This document shows, piece after piece, positions 31,901-45,480 of a stretch of 64,000 nucleotides of DNA. The translations under genes and the position numbers were made by a program. The notes below the pieces were generated by a model, which saw only the letters and a list, made by a program, of their open reading frames with translations, was not told the DNA's origin and ran no database searches. Origin of the DNA: Takakia lepidozioides (lineage: Eukaryota; Plantae; Bryophyta); contig CM060733.1 in NCBI GenBank assembly GCA_030704615.1, positions 30,628,001 through 30,692,000 of the forward strand, given 5' to 3'. Every line of letters starts with the position of its first letter. Position 1 is the stretch's first letter.

Positions 31901-34900
31901 CCCCTGTTCGCTCAAAGCATAGTTCTGCCACATCATAATGATGCTCATTGAACATCTGTGCGATGCGGACGATATGCATTCATCAACCATCCTCAAACAA
32001 GTTCTCAAAAATTAACAGATGTTTGTGGCCACTGGAAGAAATTGAGCAAAGGCACTCCAACGGATTCAGACCAGAAAGTCTCCATGCATGCTAAAGGTCT
32101 AGCTCATAAGGATGGCCGCACGAGCCTAACTAGCTATTGTCAACGTTTCATCTAGTGCCTCAGAGGGTATTTCAGATATTAAAGATTTGGTACCAATTCC
32201 TGGTACAGCTAATGTCATCTTTCTCAGTCTGAGAAATTCTACTTCAAAGTCATTTGGAACCATTTTGGTCGCACAGCCCCAAGCAGAGGTTGAGAAATTT
32301 CCTGTTCGGCTGACTAGAGCTGCCAATACCAGTGAGCGGCTGTGTCCCTTGCATTCCCCCTGCCACTACAAATGGAGACTGACAGAGACTGCAAGGATGG
32401 TTTCCCGGGTCCTCTAGCTGACTCAATTTCCGCTCACCTCCCAGAGATGGTCACAACCTCTGCAGGTTTCTAGGGGAGTGACTGTTGACAGAAAAACCCA
32501 AGACCTCATTACCTTAATCCCGCGTCTTCTCCAATCCTCTGCTGAGCTCTTCCCTTGCATTTCTTCAGCAAGGGAAGCATCAAAGCGCTTTGTCTGCACC
32601 ACCAGGCCTGCAGCCTTCCAGTAATCTAGCATTGGCTGGTGATACTCAACACTCTCATCGTAAATCCAAAGCCGCTGACGTGCCCGTGTCAAGACAACAT
32701 ATAGCTGTTTTAACTCGCTGCACAAGAGATTGTAGCGTTTTGCATCAAAATTTGGGAACCTCTCCTGCCCAGATGGGGACGTGTGCTCGAACACGAAGGA
32801 ATTAATGAATCTCCATTTGTTTACCAAAGGAGAATAGGCGAAGAAGTTATATACTAGCACATCCTGCGGCCATCATCCAGTCGAACATTACTTGCAACTT
32901 GAACCATTGGATCTTGAGGCAAAGGCCTACAATATCTAACAATTTCAATACAAAACTACTTTCTACTTCAATGTGTCTGAGGGGCATGCATAGCTGAACG
33001 AACCTTAGACTGGTGTCCCAGAATATCTGGCATTGAAATGAAGTGCTTGGTTATTCATTTCATACCTGAAACTCTAGGCCTTTGCAATCATGGACGCTGA
33101 GCACTATGCTTCTCTGACCAAGCTGCTTAACCATCCGATCCTTAGTCTCCCTATTGCGGACCAGAATGACTTGTTCAGCTCCGAACTCACAGCCACCTCC
33201 TCCAGCAGCCCCTTCTCTACTGAAGAGAGTTGTCACCAAGTCATCATTTTCCTCCCTTTCCAAAAACACAGGGGTTTCCCCATGAAGCAAGCTGCTCTCA
33301 GACTCCACTCTATCAATGGAGTTGGGGAAAAAATGGTGCAACAACTGTACAGTGCTGTCAGCGATTCTGACAATTCCCATATGGGTTCTAAAGTTTATGC
33401 TCAAATGATGGACGTCTGGGACTTTCATGTCAGCCACATTGGAATATCTTTGCCTGCATGGTTGTTTTCCTAGCCCACTTTCAGTAAGATCCCTACTGGT
33501 ATTTCCCTCAATGTCTTTCTGTTCCAAGGTTGGAGAGACATGGGCATTTGAACGGCCCACTTCTACTTGAGTCCCTGCCCTTCCCAGAAACTCCCTATAG
33601 AATAACCGCCTCATATCGTGGAATCTAAATGCAACACCTCTGGCAATTTTTTGAGCTGTGTCACCAGCAAACACAAAGCCCTCTTCCAGATTGTCACAGA
33701 CAAATTTGAGGAGTCCAATCTGCGCCTGGGTGATATCTTGTACCTCATCAACATAGACAAATTGCAACTTTTGACCCAGATATTCTCCCTGTCGCAACTG
33801 TCGAGATAGGTGACACACAAAATCAGCTACATCAAACTCCATCAATTTCTGTTTCTGTCTTTCGTACTGGAGGAACAGACAGTAAATTTCCTCCCGCTGC
33901 TGTTCATCAAAATTTGAGGCCCGCTGCATGGCCATAGCAAGGTAGTCCTTCTTGCTTAGATGGCCCATTGGCTTCTGAATGGCCTCAAGGCTGCCCTTAA
34001 TGTAGGACATGATCTCAGTAAATACCAGTGAGGCATCCACTTTCTTACTCACCCGCGCATTGAGATGCGGCCAATAGACAGATGCAAACCGATCGTATCC
34101 ACTTCTGTTTGTCCCAGCCTCTGGTATTTCGGATTCTGGTACTTATTGTTTGCTCTCTTTGAAGAGAAGAACGAGTTTGAGATGCTGCCATCCAGCATCT
34201 TCAGAAACTTTCTGAAAGTGATAACTAGCGGATAGACATGACTAGGAACATGAACAAAACTATCTGGTATGGATGCCATGAACTTGGATTCTTGCTCCTC
34301 GTCCAGCATCATCTCCTCAAACTCCTCTTCAGCTCCATCCTGTATGTCTCCATCAGCTGCCCGCATCGACCTGCAGGTGAGAGAATCATAGGGACCCCTG
34401 ACATTCTCAGATTCCTGAAAGAATTACCTCCAGCATTATCCACAACTTTGAAACATCCCAATTATTAACAAAGTCCATCTACAATTTGGGCATGAACAAT
34501 GCCTCACAAGGTTTTCACTACAGATGCAGGCAGATGAAATTTTAGCATCTTAAAGAAGCCCATTATCTTAAGAAAATCTCTGCGGGAATGCAAGAAAGTT
34601 GTGGACTACCAACAACCATTACCTTCGGGTCTTGTCAATGTGATGCTTCATAGCTACACAAAGTCTGGCTGAGTGTAGTGAGAGCTTGTCTAAGGATGGG
34701 GGCGTTCTCAGAGTTTTTCTGACATCCTGACATAATCACATCCTTTTCAGCTTGCTGACAATCTGACAATATTCCATTTTCTGCAAGCCAAAATTCCTGT
34801 TCTCGCCGAAGAAGCTTTGTGGTAATGACTGTTGTTTTGCCTGTTCCAGATCTGCCAATGATGAATGAGCTCTTGCGATAATGGCTTATCTCTGCTTCCT

Positions 34901-37900
34901 GCTGATTAACCTCAAAGGGCAACTCTACATTGGAGCCATCCCTAGCAGTAAGCAGCTGTCGAGCTATGACAACATCTTTTTCTCTCCCTTGAAAACCATC
35001 AACTGACTGCACGTCGATATCCACACTGCCAATCTGGTCCTGGTTCTGTCGAGAGTGACCTAAGCGTCTTTCAAGGGCTCCCACCTGGCTTTTGTATGGA
35101 GATATCACTCCAATACTCAATTCCGGCACCTTGTTTTGTGCACACACTGTCAGCAATTATCCACAGTTAAGAGAATATGTTAGTGGACACTCTGCCTTCA
35201 GCTCAAGGTATTGGTTCTAATTATTAGATCATTTTCAAAACCAATTGCAAGCAGGCTGGCCTTGGATTTCCAATGCCACACTTTGGACTTGATCAGAAGA
35301 AAATCCAACAAAGTCCAACTCCTAAATCTATAGCTACTGCACCTCAGTTGCATCATGAGAGGGATTAAGTATACCTTTGCGCAGCTTTGCAATCAAATAG
35401 AGCACAATCTCAACCTCCGCAAGGTTCGTCCAAGACATTCTCTCATGTTTTCATACCTCCCCTCCATCCCATCGGGGACGTCAATAAACGCATATGTGCC
35501 TAAACCCTCACATTGTTGGAAGGGCTTATTACCATATGTCTCTCTCAGAACATTCTCCCCATTACTGATAGCTTCATTGTAGAACTGCATATTTGGGAAA
35601 CGGCCAATATCTGGATGCATTCTGTATTGCACATCCAGAAGGTTACATGGGTGAATCAATGTCTGAAGCCTTTCAAAAAGGCTGCGGCCATAGCCACAAT
35701 CCTTGGCAATCTGCAATGAAAGCCCCATACATGTCAGAGATGTCCTCAGCATGGATTCAATCAATCCGAGTCGGCTTGATTTGATGCAAGAATTCAAGAC
35801 GCTCAGAAGATGGGATCGAGTAGTCTTTTTGTGTTTCCTTAGTGACTTGTTTCTGAAGCACGAGTTTAGGGAGTATATTTTAGTGTACCTTACTCATGAC
35901 CGTAGCTGGAAGTTGCTTGTGGTCTCCTACTAAAATGGCCTGTTTTAAACCACTCATGCCAGTGACAATGGTCGTCTCCGCCTCCACACATTGCGAAGCT
36001 TCATCAATTATCGCACATGCGAAAGGGGGATTTTGAAAAACACAACTTCGGCCAGCTGAAGACACGGTGCAAAATACAATGGACGCATGCTCAAGACAAA
36101 GCTTGTGCAGCAGATGCTGCACCGGTTGAGGCAACATGATGAACCCAGGCTCTGTAATTGACGTCAACATGTCACAAAGGCGTTGTTTTTCCTCCCAAAA
36201 CAGATTGTGGTGGCGCTCCTGCGATTGTGTCCGAGTACTCCAACCACCGAATGAGTCTTCAAACCACATCCGAACCTGCGCATCGGTCGTAGTGGGCTGA
36301 AAAACGCGCTCCAAGACTTTGGCCAACTGATCACCAGCAGCCTCTAGTTGTTGGATTGCATTCATGTAAGCTATATACTTACTGGGCAAATCTGTGCACA
36401 GAACATGATAGTGTTCTGTCATTTTTGCGGCCAAAGCTTCCAATTTTTCCCTGAGAAACTGCAGGAAGCTTGGTATGCATCTAGTGACCTTGTTTGATCG
36501 ATGAATCTTCTCTGAAGTGATAAACTCCATATTGTGTGTCTGCTGAGTTCAGAAAATTGGGCATCGCGATTGTGGTTGCTCGCCAAACCATCAATGGAGT
36601 TGAGGGCTTTGAGGAGATGATTCACTCGGTGGGTGATGAATATCTGCCCTAGTCGGCCCTTTACATTTAGTCGATCCGCGTTTCCAATCAAAACCACATC
36701 GCCCAATCGTATAATGCGAGTGCTACCCATGGATAGCAATGGCTGCAATTCACAAAACTGGGAAAACTGGAGGTCTTTCGTATTCAAAAGTTTAACGAAC
36801 CTTACCGCCACTTCCGATACTGCAGTGTTGGTTGACGCACATACAAGAGTTCGGCAATGCAGAGAGCCTAAAATTGAGAGCAGTGAAGCCAGAGTAGACG
36901 TCTTCCCAGTGCCTGGAGGACCCTGGATCAGTCGCACTAGAGGCTTCGCTTTGTGGAGAAGCCCGAAAACTGTAGTCCTAACAGCGGATGCCTGGGACTC
37001 GTTCAGACCACGGAAGTTGCAACAGCCGCAGATTGCTTGTTCAAAGTCGAGTGGGTTGTCCACAGCTTCGCATATTCCATATGTTGCAGCCTGCGTCTCC
37101 AGGTAGATCAGCTATGTAAGAGCTTCCGATGGTGATGCTCCTTACCACTTGTTTAGAAACTTAAGTATAGATCCTTCAGTAATGGAAAATTCTTAGCAGC
37201 ACGATAGTGTACATATTGTATGTATTATTAAAATCAAAGTACCATGCATGAGCGAATATTAAAGTAGAGCCTATAGGAATTTGAGAGACAAAATTCTAAC
37301 TGTGTCCATGGAGCTGCAAGAGTTTAATGAGCTCAACAGAGATTCCCTGTACCTTTGCGTCAGTGTAAAGTGTCTCCTCGATCACAGGTAGCCTCACCAT
37401 TTGAGGGGGGTGCAACGCATTCCATATACGTAGTCCAGTTGCAATGTTGCCCAGACACAGAGCAAACCATCTATGATTCTCATCCAAGAGGGCTGCAGAC
37501 TCAGGACTTTCTGATGGAGCATACACTTTTGCCCTCAACAAGTTTAATGGCCCTTCTGACTCTTGGCCTGGTCCCATTCCTTCGAGTAATGCAAGAGTAT
37601 AGAACACTCCTGCTCTCTTAAGCTCGTTGTAATCATTATCTGGCACCACTGTTGACAAGAGAATAATGTCGAACTGTTTTGGTCTCCAGGCAGGGTCACC
37701 GTTTCTGCCCCTGCATACTGGGTGTAGTTCATCCCGGGACAATACGAGAGATTTGAAGTATCGATTCTCGACTGATCTCCTTCTTTAATTTTAAAGCTTA
37801 CAACTACGTAAGGTGCGGCCCCGATGTCCTGGACAGCACGTTCGAGCTGTACACGAGTCTCCTCTACCAAAGGCCAAGCAAACGCTTCCAGATACTTTTC

Positions 37901-39118
37901 CAGACTGGGAAATCTCCATGGTATAGCCTGCACCTGCTCCTAATGAAGGCAAAGGCACATTTGATTACGAACCGTCGGCATCAATAGATTCACCAGGTTG
38001 CACAGATGATCAAGCTTGCTGCGCTTGCAAGCTTTTAGTTACATGCAGTAAATGTACATCAGTTCTCTATACAGCATAGTTCTCGCAGCACTCGCAGCCA
38101 CCACGTTGAAGCGTAACGGTCCATCACCAATTAAGAGGTCCCACGAGTTCCCAAAGTACAGTAAGTAGCAGATCCACTCAGCGAGCACTCAGCTACTCCA
38201 GATCATACTAAAAAAGCTGGCTCCGGGGTACTAGTGTCAACTACAGGTCTGGGGATTCTTATAGCTCGTAATGCTAAAACTGAAAGCTCTAGTTACATCT
38301 TTTGTGACGTATACATAACATGTGATCTGATTTTGAGATATACCCATTAGATCGAAGTTACTGGATTAACCTTGGAAAGTTCATATGTATCATTTTTAAT
38401 ACATATTTGATTTGCAGGACCTTCAAGAAACACTCCAGAACATGTACATAGCTAGATACTCTTCTCCGTTGGGATAAACTCAAGTGACTCCATGTGATTA
38501 AGCCCTTGTGGCATGTATAGTAAGAAGGACAAAATGTGCAGAGCTACTAAACTGGACACTAACTAGTGTTCGGGCCATCTCTTTTAAGTCTCAGACCTGA
38601 ACTGGAAGGATTCCTCGTCGATCATCAGGCTGCTCAATCACTACAGCGATAACAAAATATTAAAAAACGCGCTTGTACATAATCTTTTGAATTAGCCGAG
38701 CTAAGGGCTGATCAATAGTTCAAGTAATATGTACATCTGATTGTACCTTGTTCGCTAGAAGTCTCTCCTTCATGATGTCATCGATTGACCATTTGAGCAC
38801 CTCTTCTACCAGAGAGTGGGTTTTCTTGTCTTCGTTTGCGTGGGGAGCACTGATGATCCGAACAGCCTCCCCATCTCCTTGTACAGAAAGTTTCTGGAAG
38901 AATTCTTGGTCAGGCTGCTGAAGTGTATCTTTCAAAGCTAATGGTTGGGTTGTGTGCAAGGTCTCTGCAGATGATGTTCCTGGACTAGCTGCTATCGCTT
39001 CAGGGGATCTCAGATGAACAACAGGGATAGAGGAGGTTGAATCCTGAGTGTATTTCATTCCATGGGCATTCAACCAACGGACCTCGTCCGCTTCCCTGGT
39101 TGAATGTACTTGACCCAT
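28942..39118 (-). pseudogene. Tandem paralog of the TRANK1-like double-helicase gene, disrupted by large deletions and frameshifts
   Basis: Collinear homologous exons from the N-terminus (38720-39118) through both helicases to the last exon (HADLSCLEDQVRGL vs [14 protein letters not shown]). Frameshifts at ~37745, ~36560, ~35430 and ~34095. Deletions at ~38915, ~34966, ~34140 and ~31240. Confidence 0.88.
29783..30098. repeat. Tandem duplication of ~159 bp within the pseudogene
   Basis: 29783-29941 and 29942-30098 are near-identical (a few substitutions and a 2-bp indel). Confidence 0.95.
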
Positions 39119-39247
39119 CTGCAGGACGGATTATGAACTATCAAAGTTATTAGATTTGAACACTTGGAGTGGGCTCAGAATTTTCTCTCTAATGAAGTAC
39201 TGGGAGACCTGTATATTCTAAATGTCGAGCCGCTCAGTCCATATAAC

Positions 39248-39615
39248 TGTTGGAAATCAACTCCTAACCAAGTTACTACTACCTAGAGTTACTGTGATGA
39301 CAAGTCCGGCTTCCATAATAGGAGTTCTGGCAAGTCACAGTTAACAATAGAGATAAGCCTCGGTTAACTAAAAGATAGCTAAAGTTAGTTTCAGTTATTA
39401 GTGACTCAAGTCATTGTACCAAAATAGCAGGTGGAGATAACTTAAGTAAAAGCATGGAGTTATGCTATAGTTATCTCAGCTATTTCTGGATTAGACTTTG
39501 AGTATAAATAGGGAGAGCTCGAGGGTGGACACAGCTTGTTGTGGTCCTATGGTTGGGTGGAGAGTTCTCAGTAATCAGTTCATCTTTTATCTCTATTCTC
39601 TGTCGAATTCCAACA
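39248..39615 (+). repeat. Copia 5' LTR (368 bp)
   Basis: TGTTGGAA...TTCCAACA inverted termini; TATAAATA at ~39503; followed by the PBS. Confidence 0.97.
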
Positions 39616-39677
39616 TGGTATCAGAGCCATTCTTCTCTAGGTGAGAGTTGGTAGTTGAGATTGAGAGAACTTGATTA

Positions 39678-42093
39678 TGGCTGAAGCGTCGTCTTCTAGC
39701 AATCCTCCTTCTATGTCTATGACGAGTGCATTAGATGTGAGAGTGGAAGATCGATTCAATAGAACTAACTATCAAACCTGGAAGTTTAGGATGGAGATGG
39801 TCCTTCTAGACAAAAGATCTATGGGGAGTGGTTGATGGATCAGTCCCAAGACCTGACACTATTGTTGGCCAAGCCATATGGGATATGAAAGATCAGAAAA
39901 CAAGAGCTAGCATCATCACAAGCTTGAGAGACAAACAGTTGCATCTCATTATAAGTGCTAAGAATGCTAAGGATGTTTGGGACAAGCTAGCAAGCATATA
40001 TGAGACGAAGGATGTCACATCGCAAGTGTATGCGATGCAAAAGTTCTATGGTCTGAAGATGACCGAGTCAGACTCAGTTGAACAACACTTGAATTTGTTT
40101 TGTGTGTTGCGAGATCAACTAGTCTCTGTGGGAACTAATGTGACTGATGAACACGCCGCAGTGGTGTTATTGGCAACCTTACCTGAATCCTATGATGGTT
40201 TTGTGGTGTCTCTAGCAGGACAAACCAACTTAATTATTGATGTTGTCATAGGACTTCTTCTCAAGGAGGAAACAAGAAGAAAAGGTCAAGGTACGTCTAC
40301 AGAGGTAGACAGAGCTTTGTTCACAGGCAAGACTGGAGTAGTCTTGAATAGAAGACTCCCTTCACATATGTCTCAGAAGTCCCAGAGGTTTCAGAAACCT
40401 CAATCTAGCTCAAAGATCAAAAAGGCCAAAGTAAGGTGCTTTTATTGCAAGAAACTTGGTCACATGATCAAGGATTGTAGAAAGCGCATTGCAGATGAGC
40501 GCAGCAGAGAGAGTCAAGGAAACATAACTACTCATCAGAGGAATGCTATTATATTTGTTGTGTCTCTCTCAGCCACTACTAGACAGAAGCATGTGTGGTA
40601 TGTTGATTCAGGAGCATCTCAACATATGAGTTCAGAGAGAGAGCATTTCTTATCCTATAGATCTCTTTCACCTACACAATATGTTCTTTTGGGAGATGAT
40701 AGCAAGCATGTCATTGGTAGGGAAGGAAATGATGGTTTGTAAGCTTCTCAAGTCTTTGTATGGTTTGAAGCAATCCCCTAGGGCATGGAATGCTAAGATT
40801 GATGCATATTTCATGGCTGAAGAGTTTGAGAGGAGCTCTGCTAATTATAGTGTTTACTATAAGAGGGCTTATGGAAACTCTTCTGTGATCATAACATTGT
40901 ATGTTGATGATCTGATCTTGGTCTCTAATGACTTGACTCTGTTGAAACACATACAGAGTGTCAATATCTCAAATGAGATTGAGATAGTGGTTATGTGATC
41001 ATAACAAATTGACTTTGTTGAAACAAATGCAAAGTGATATCTCAAAGAGGTTTGAGATGATGGATCTTAAAGAGATCATGTGATCATGTGTTGATCAGGC
41101 TTTGTTGAAAAAGACAAAGCGATATATCAATGAAGTTTGAGATGGTGGATCTGAAAGAGATCCAGTACTGCTTGGGGGTATCGGTAACTTGTGTTCGACA
41201 AGACCGAGCAATTTACCTAAACCAGCGTAAGTATCTTGAAGATATCTTAAGGCGCTTTGGTATGGCTGAAATTATGCCGGTAAATACCCCGTTTGTCCCA
41301 AATCGCAAACTCTCAAAGGAGATGAGTCCTAAGAGTGCTGCAAACTTGGAGACAATGAGAGATGTTCCCTATCAGAGTGTTGTGGGAAGTCTCATGTATG
41401 CTCTGTACTAGGCCAGATATTGCACAAGCAGTGGGGGTTGTAAGCCAATTTGTGGCTAACCCTGGGCAACTCCATCGGGTTGCAGTAAAGCGAATTTTCC
41501 GTTATATAAGAGGCACATTGGACTATGGTTTGTGCTTGAGAAAGAACAATGATAATGTTCAGTTGGATCATGTGGGTTCATATGGTATCTCAGATAGTGC
41601 TTGCAAAAGCACAGAGCTATACGGCTATTGCGATGCAGATTGGGCTGGTAATGTTGATGACTGCCACTCTACATCTGGTTATGTTTTTATGCTAGCAAAT
41701 GGAGCTGTAAGCTGGAGCAGCAAGAAGCAATCTACAATTGTTATGTCCTCGACTGAGGCAGAATATATGGCTGCATCTCAAGCTACAAGGCAAGCATTAT
41801 GGTTATCATCATTTATATCTAGTATTGGTCGTCCACAGAGGGATACAATGGTCATATATGATGACAACCAAGGGTGTATTGCTCTCTCAAAGAATCCAGT
41901 GTTTCATGCTCGCACAAAGCATATTGAGATTCATCAAAATTTGGTACGAGAGAAGACTGAAGCTGGAGTTGTCAAGCTTGTATATTGCAACACCAACAAC
42001 ATGGTTGCAGACATACTGACAAAAGGGCTTAGTGTTGAAAAGCTTGAACGCTTTCGAGGCTTGATGGGAGTAGTTAAGTGCTTAACTTGGTAA
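39678..42093 (+). pseudogene. Copia gag-pol remnant (gag, protease, partial RT, RNase H)
   Basis: Fragments in ORFs 39828-40742, 40681-40998, 41130-41411 and 41362-42093. Protease is joined directly to mid-RT at ~40715. Confidence 0.9.
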
Positions 42094-42108
42094 CTCGTTG
42101 AGTGGGGG

Positions 42109-42492
42109 TGTTGGAAATCAACTCCTAACCAAGTTACTCCTAACCAAGTTACTACTACCTAGAGTTACTGTGATGACAAGTCAGGCTTCCATAATAGGAG
42201 TTCTGGCAAGTCACAGTTAACAATAGAGATAAGCCTCGGTTAACTAAAAGATAGCTAAAGTTAGCTTCAGTTATTAGTGACTCAAGTCATTGTACCAAAA
42301 TAGCAGGTGGAGATAACTTAAGTAAAAGCATGGAGTTATGCTATAGTTATCTCAGCTATTTCTGGATTAGACTTTGAGTATAAATAGGGAGAGCTCGGAG
42401 GGTGGACACAGCTTGTTGTGGTCCTATGGTTGGGTGGAGAGTTCTCAGTAATCAGTTCATCTTTTATCTCTATTCTCTGTCGAATTCCAACA
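42109..42492 (+). repeat. Copia 3' LTR (384 bp)
   Basis: Matches the 5' LTR except for 2 substitutions, a 1-bp indel and a 15-bp tandem duplication. Confidence 0.97.
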
Positions 42493-44559
42493 ATAACTCT
42501 CTAGATGTAAAGATATCTACGATCTGTGAAGGCCTTGATATTCTAAGGAGAATGCTCGGAGAATGGAACACAGTCAGCAGTACACAAGCTGTTCGACACG
42601 CACAAGAACATCCTAACCCGGACCTAGTCCCATATTAAACACGTATAGTTCATATCTATCAGACTCATAAGGAATCACCAACATCATTTCCACCTTCCAG
42701 AGAGACGCCAATGAATGAAGTGACACAGTAATACAACTTACACTATGCCAAACTACTCCCAAACTGTAGTACCATGAGAGAGACGAAGTCGCACCTCTCC
42801 CCAAACCTGCATACTGTTAGGTGCCTTGAACAAAGATCGAGACCTGTCGACCAATTTGGCGAAGCAAGTGACTGCTAGAAGACCGCTGAACTGACAGTTG
42901 CAGGTCGAATGGAGCAGGCTCGCGTTCACGAATAGATCCACGATTAGGGATAAAAAAAAGTGGGCTTGGAGATGGCAAGAGTGGAGAAGAGAAAAGAATG
43001 ATGGTGTACAGGCATCTAGAGCAGATCTGTGTTGACAGGAAACTAGTGTAGCATGGCGTGGTGGCTGGGCGGACCGGACGTAGCCGGTGCTGTGCTTTTT
43101 GGTGAGCAGAAAAAGAGGTCGTGAGAAGAAGAAAAAGGATCGATCTGCATTGGTCTATGGTGATAGAATGTGTTGATGCACGGTGTGGTGGAGGGGCAGA
43201 CTGGACATCGTAGTCCAGTACTGTGCATAGATAGAATGGCATGAGATGAGTACATAGGTTGACAGGGAGATCTTTTGAACAAGGAATCAGGCCAGAGTAG
43301 GAGTGACGATCACTTGATCGATCTGTGAATTTGTAAATGAGGGAAGTGGAATAAGAATAGGGCCTTGGCTGGAATTCAGATATAGATGAGAGTCCGGTTG
43401 AAACAAAATCCCGAGCAATCAGTTTTCCTTGGAGTTTTGGTAAATTCCCTGTGAACAGCAAACCAAGCAAAGCGCCTGAAATTTTGTCATAGTTGGACAA
43501 AGAAAAGAGAGTCAGATCCTTTACACATACTCTTACATATCAGTACACATCTGAACGATGAGCTGTAAGCCAGGTCCAAAATCTCAGTCTATTCAGTATT
43601 GAAAGGCGGCTGCAAGTGCGGACGTGAGAGACAGAAGAGACAAAGATGGACTGATCATCTAGCGAGCATCTAAGTTAGCAGGAGTTTATAGGACCAATAT
43701 CCGTAGAGCTCGGCGAGTAACTTTTTCTCAGGCTTCACCCGTTACTGCCGTGGGTGCCGCTAAAACTGCCAGGCCTGCACTTATTCGACCTCTAGATAAC
43801 ATGGAGTGATGTCATGTGAATGGTTTGTGAAGTGATGTAAAAATCTTTACATCACTCTTTACTCAGAAGCATCCCAAAAGTGCAGAGTGCCAGATAGGAC
43901 CTTGTCATCATCATATATTATAGAAATCTTGAGCAGATCGCGACCAGATCAATGGTAGAATATGCTTACAACACCGCTGCAAGACGGGCATGTATTTGTG
44001 TGCCCCCATGGATTTTGAGTGAGAAGCCTAACGAGTTTAGATACCCCGACCGAAACGCCTGCAATGCCCAATACACTGCCCAACTCTGATTGAAACTCTG
44101 ATTGAAAGAGTTGGGTATCGTTTTTAGATATGGGTACTCCCTGTTTCATTTAGGGGTTTTCTTCCTCATGAGTCAGTATATGGAATCCCTAGTTCAATGC
44201 TAAATATGAGTTTGTATAATACGGCCTGCACTTGTGGGTAATACTTTCCATGCTTCAGACTAGAGTATGGATGGCCTGAGTCATCTCTCACTGCAGCCGG
44301 TATAATATGTGAGTCACTTTTGTAAAGAAGATTAAGCAAGCTTTGAACTGTGTCCAGGTAACCGGATATGTTGTCCTTGTTCGCTTGCTCAGGAAGCAGT
44401 GGTGGGTTGTGATGATCAACATGGACAACTCAAAAAGTTGCAATCGAATACACTTTTTCCCTCCAATGTCATCCTTGCTTATGCTTATTACTTCTGGTGT
44501 CTTCTTTGCCTCTTTCGATCATTTCAACAGTAATCCGGGCCACAAGAACAAACCCTAGT

Positions 44560-45070
44560 CTTAGAAGTGGCGAAAGCGGTTGTGTTTGTGTACTACAGCT
44601 CGGCCAACTTTGGTGGAGATGATCTTTGTGGCAGTGTAGCAGGCTTGGTGATGAGCCCAAAAGCAATGGCCAGCTTCTCAGTGTGGTAGAAGAAAAGAAA
44701 ATTCGGTTTGCTCAGCTTCCACATCTTGCAATACAAAAGGAGCCTTGTATCTGATCCACTTCACCGTAGCCTCACTTCTCGCCTTTAACGCATTTCGGCA
44801 CACGAGTTTCAGCGCGCTATGGGTCTTCTTGGTTGTTCTTCCCCCATCTGCAGGCACCGAGCAAGGCCCGCAACACCGAACCACCCGGTTCAGTAGGCAT
44901 TTGGTCAGTGAAGCTTTGTACGTTATCCAAGCTGACCATCCAAAATGGACCATTGAATTGGACTAAATCCACTCGTGGAATCAAAGTGGTGACATCTCGT
45001 GCTTCAAACTCCAAACCCTCCCGGTAGATTTCTTCTAGTACTTGCAGGGCTTCTCTGCATTTGGCATGCA
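44560..45070 (-). pseudogene. Highly degenerate PPR E-DYW remnant
   Basis: E-motif-like MPTEPGGSVLRALLGACR, then YHTEKLAIAFGLI (~44650-44688) and CYTATKIISTKVGR...NRFRHF in shifting frames. Confidence 0.75.
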
Positions 45071-45480
45071 TGTCCAGATATGTGGCGCAATTCGAGCTTT
45101 GATGACTGTCACCGTGGATCTCCCGGAGCTTCAGGACCCGGTGCTTGAGAGAACGAAATCGTGACTGTAGATGTTGGTAATGATGTAGGTTCCAGTATTT
45201 CCAGCTGAACCCTCGTGCTAAAGAAGCAGGTCATAGACCTTACTAATAATCTGTTCGGGGACATTTGGGGGATTGCAGAGAGCGAGAGAGAGATTGAGAA
45301 GTCCGTTTTAAAGACCAAGTAAAGAGACTACATCAGAAAGTGGAGCACCAAGCGATGGCACACACCTGTACGTGATTTTGTAAGCTGGATCATCATTCGC
45401 GGTATTGAGGAGCCTGGCATTCTTGCGTCGGTTCAAAGTGCACCTCGTGAATTATGAAATAGGTGTCTTGTGCGGTGGGA

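Larger units (their letters stand above)
39248..42492 (+). mobile_element. Ty1/Copia LTR retrotransposon, internally deleted (no integrase), with TSD
   Basis: TG...CA LTRs at 39248-39615 and 42109-42492; PBS TGGTATCAGAGC at 39616-39627 (tRNA-iMet); PPT GAGTGGGGG at 42100-42108; 5-bp TSD ATAAC (39243-39247 / 42493-42497). Gag with CFYCKKLGHMIKDC knuckle, protease WYVDSGAS, RT LYGLKQSPRAW/LYVDDL, RNase H YCDADWAG/STEAEY/TKHIEI. Confidence 0.97.

Noticed and set aside
42817-43500. 227-aa minus-strand ORF
   Set aside because: Non-ATG start, low-complexity Ser/Pro/Leu composition and no recognisable motif; probably spurious or a TE remnant.
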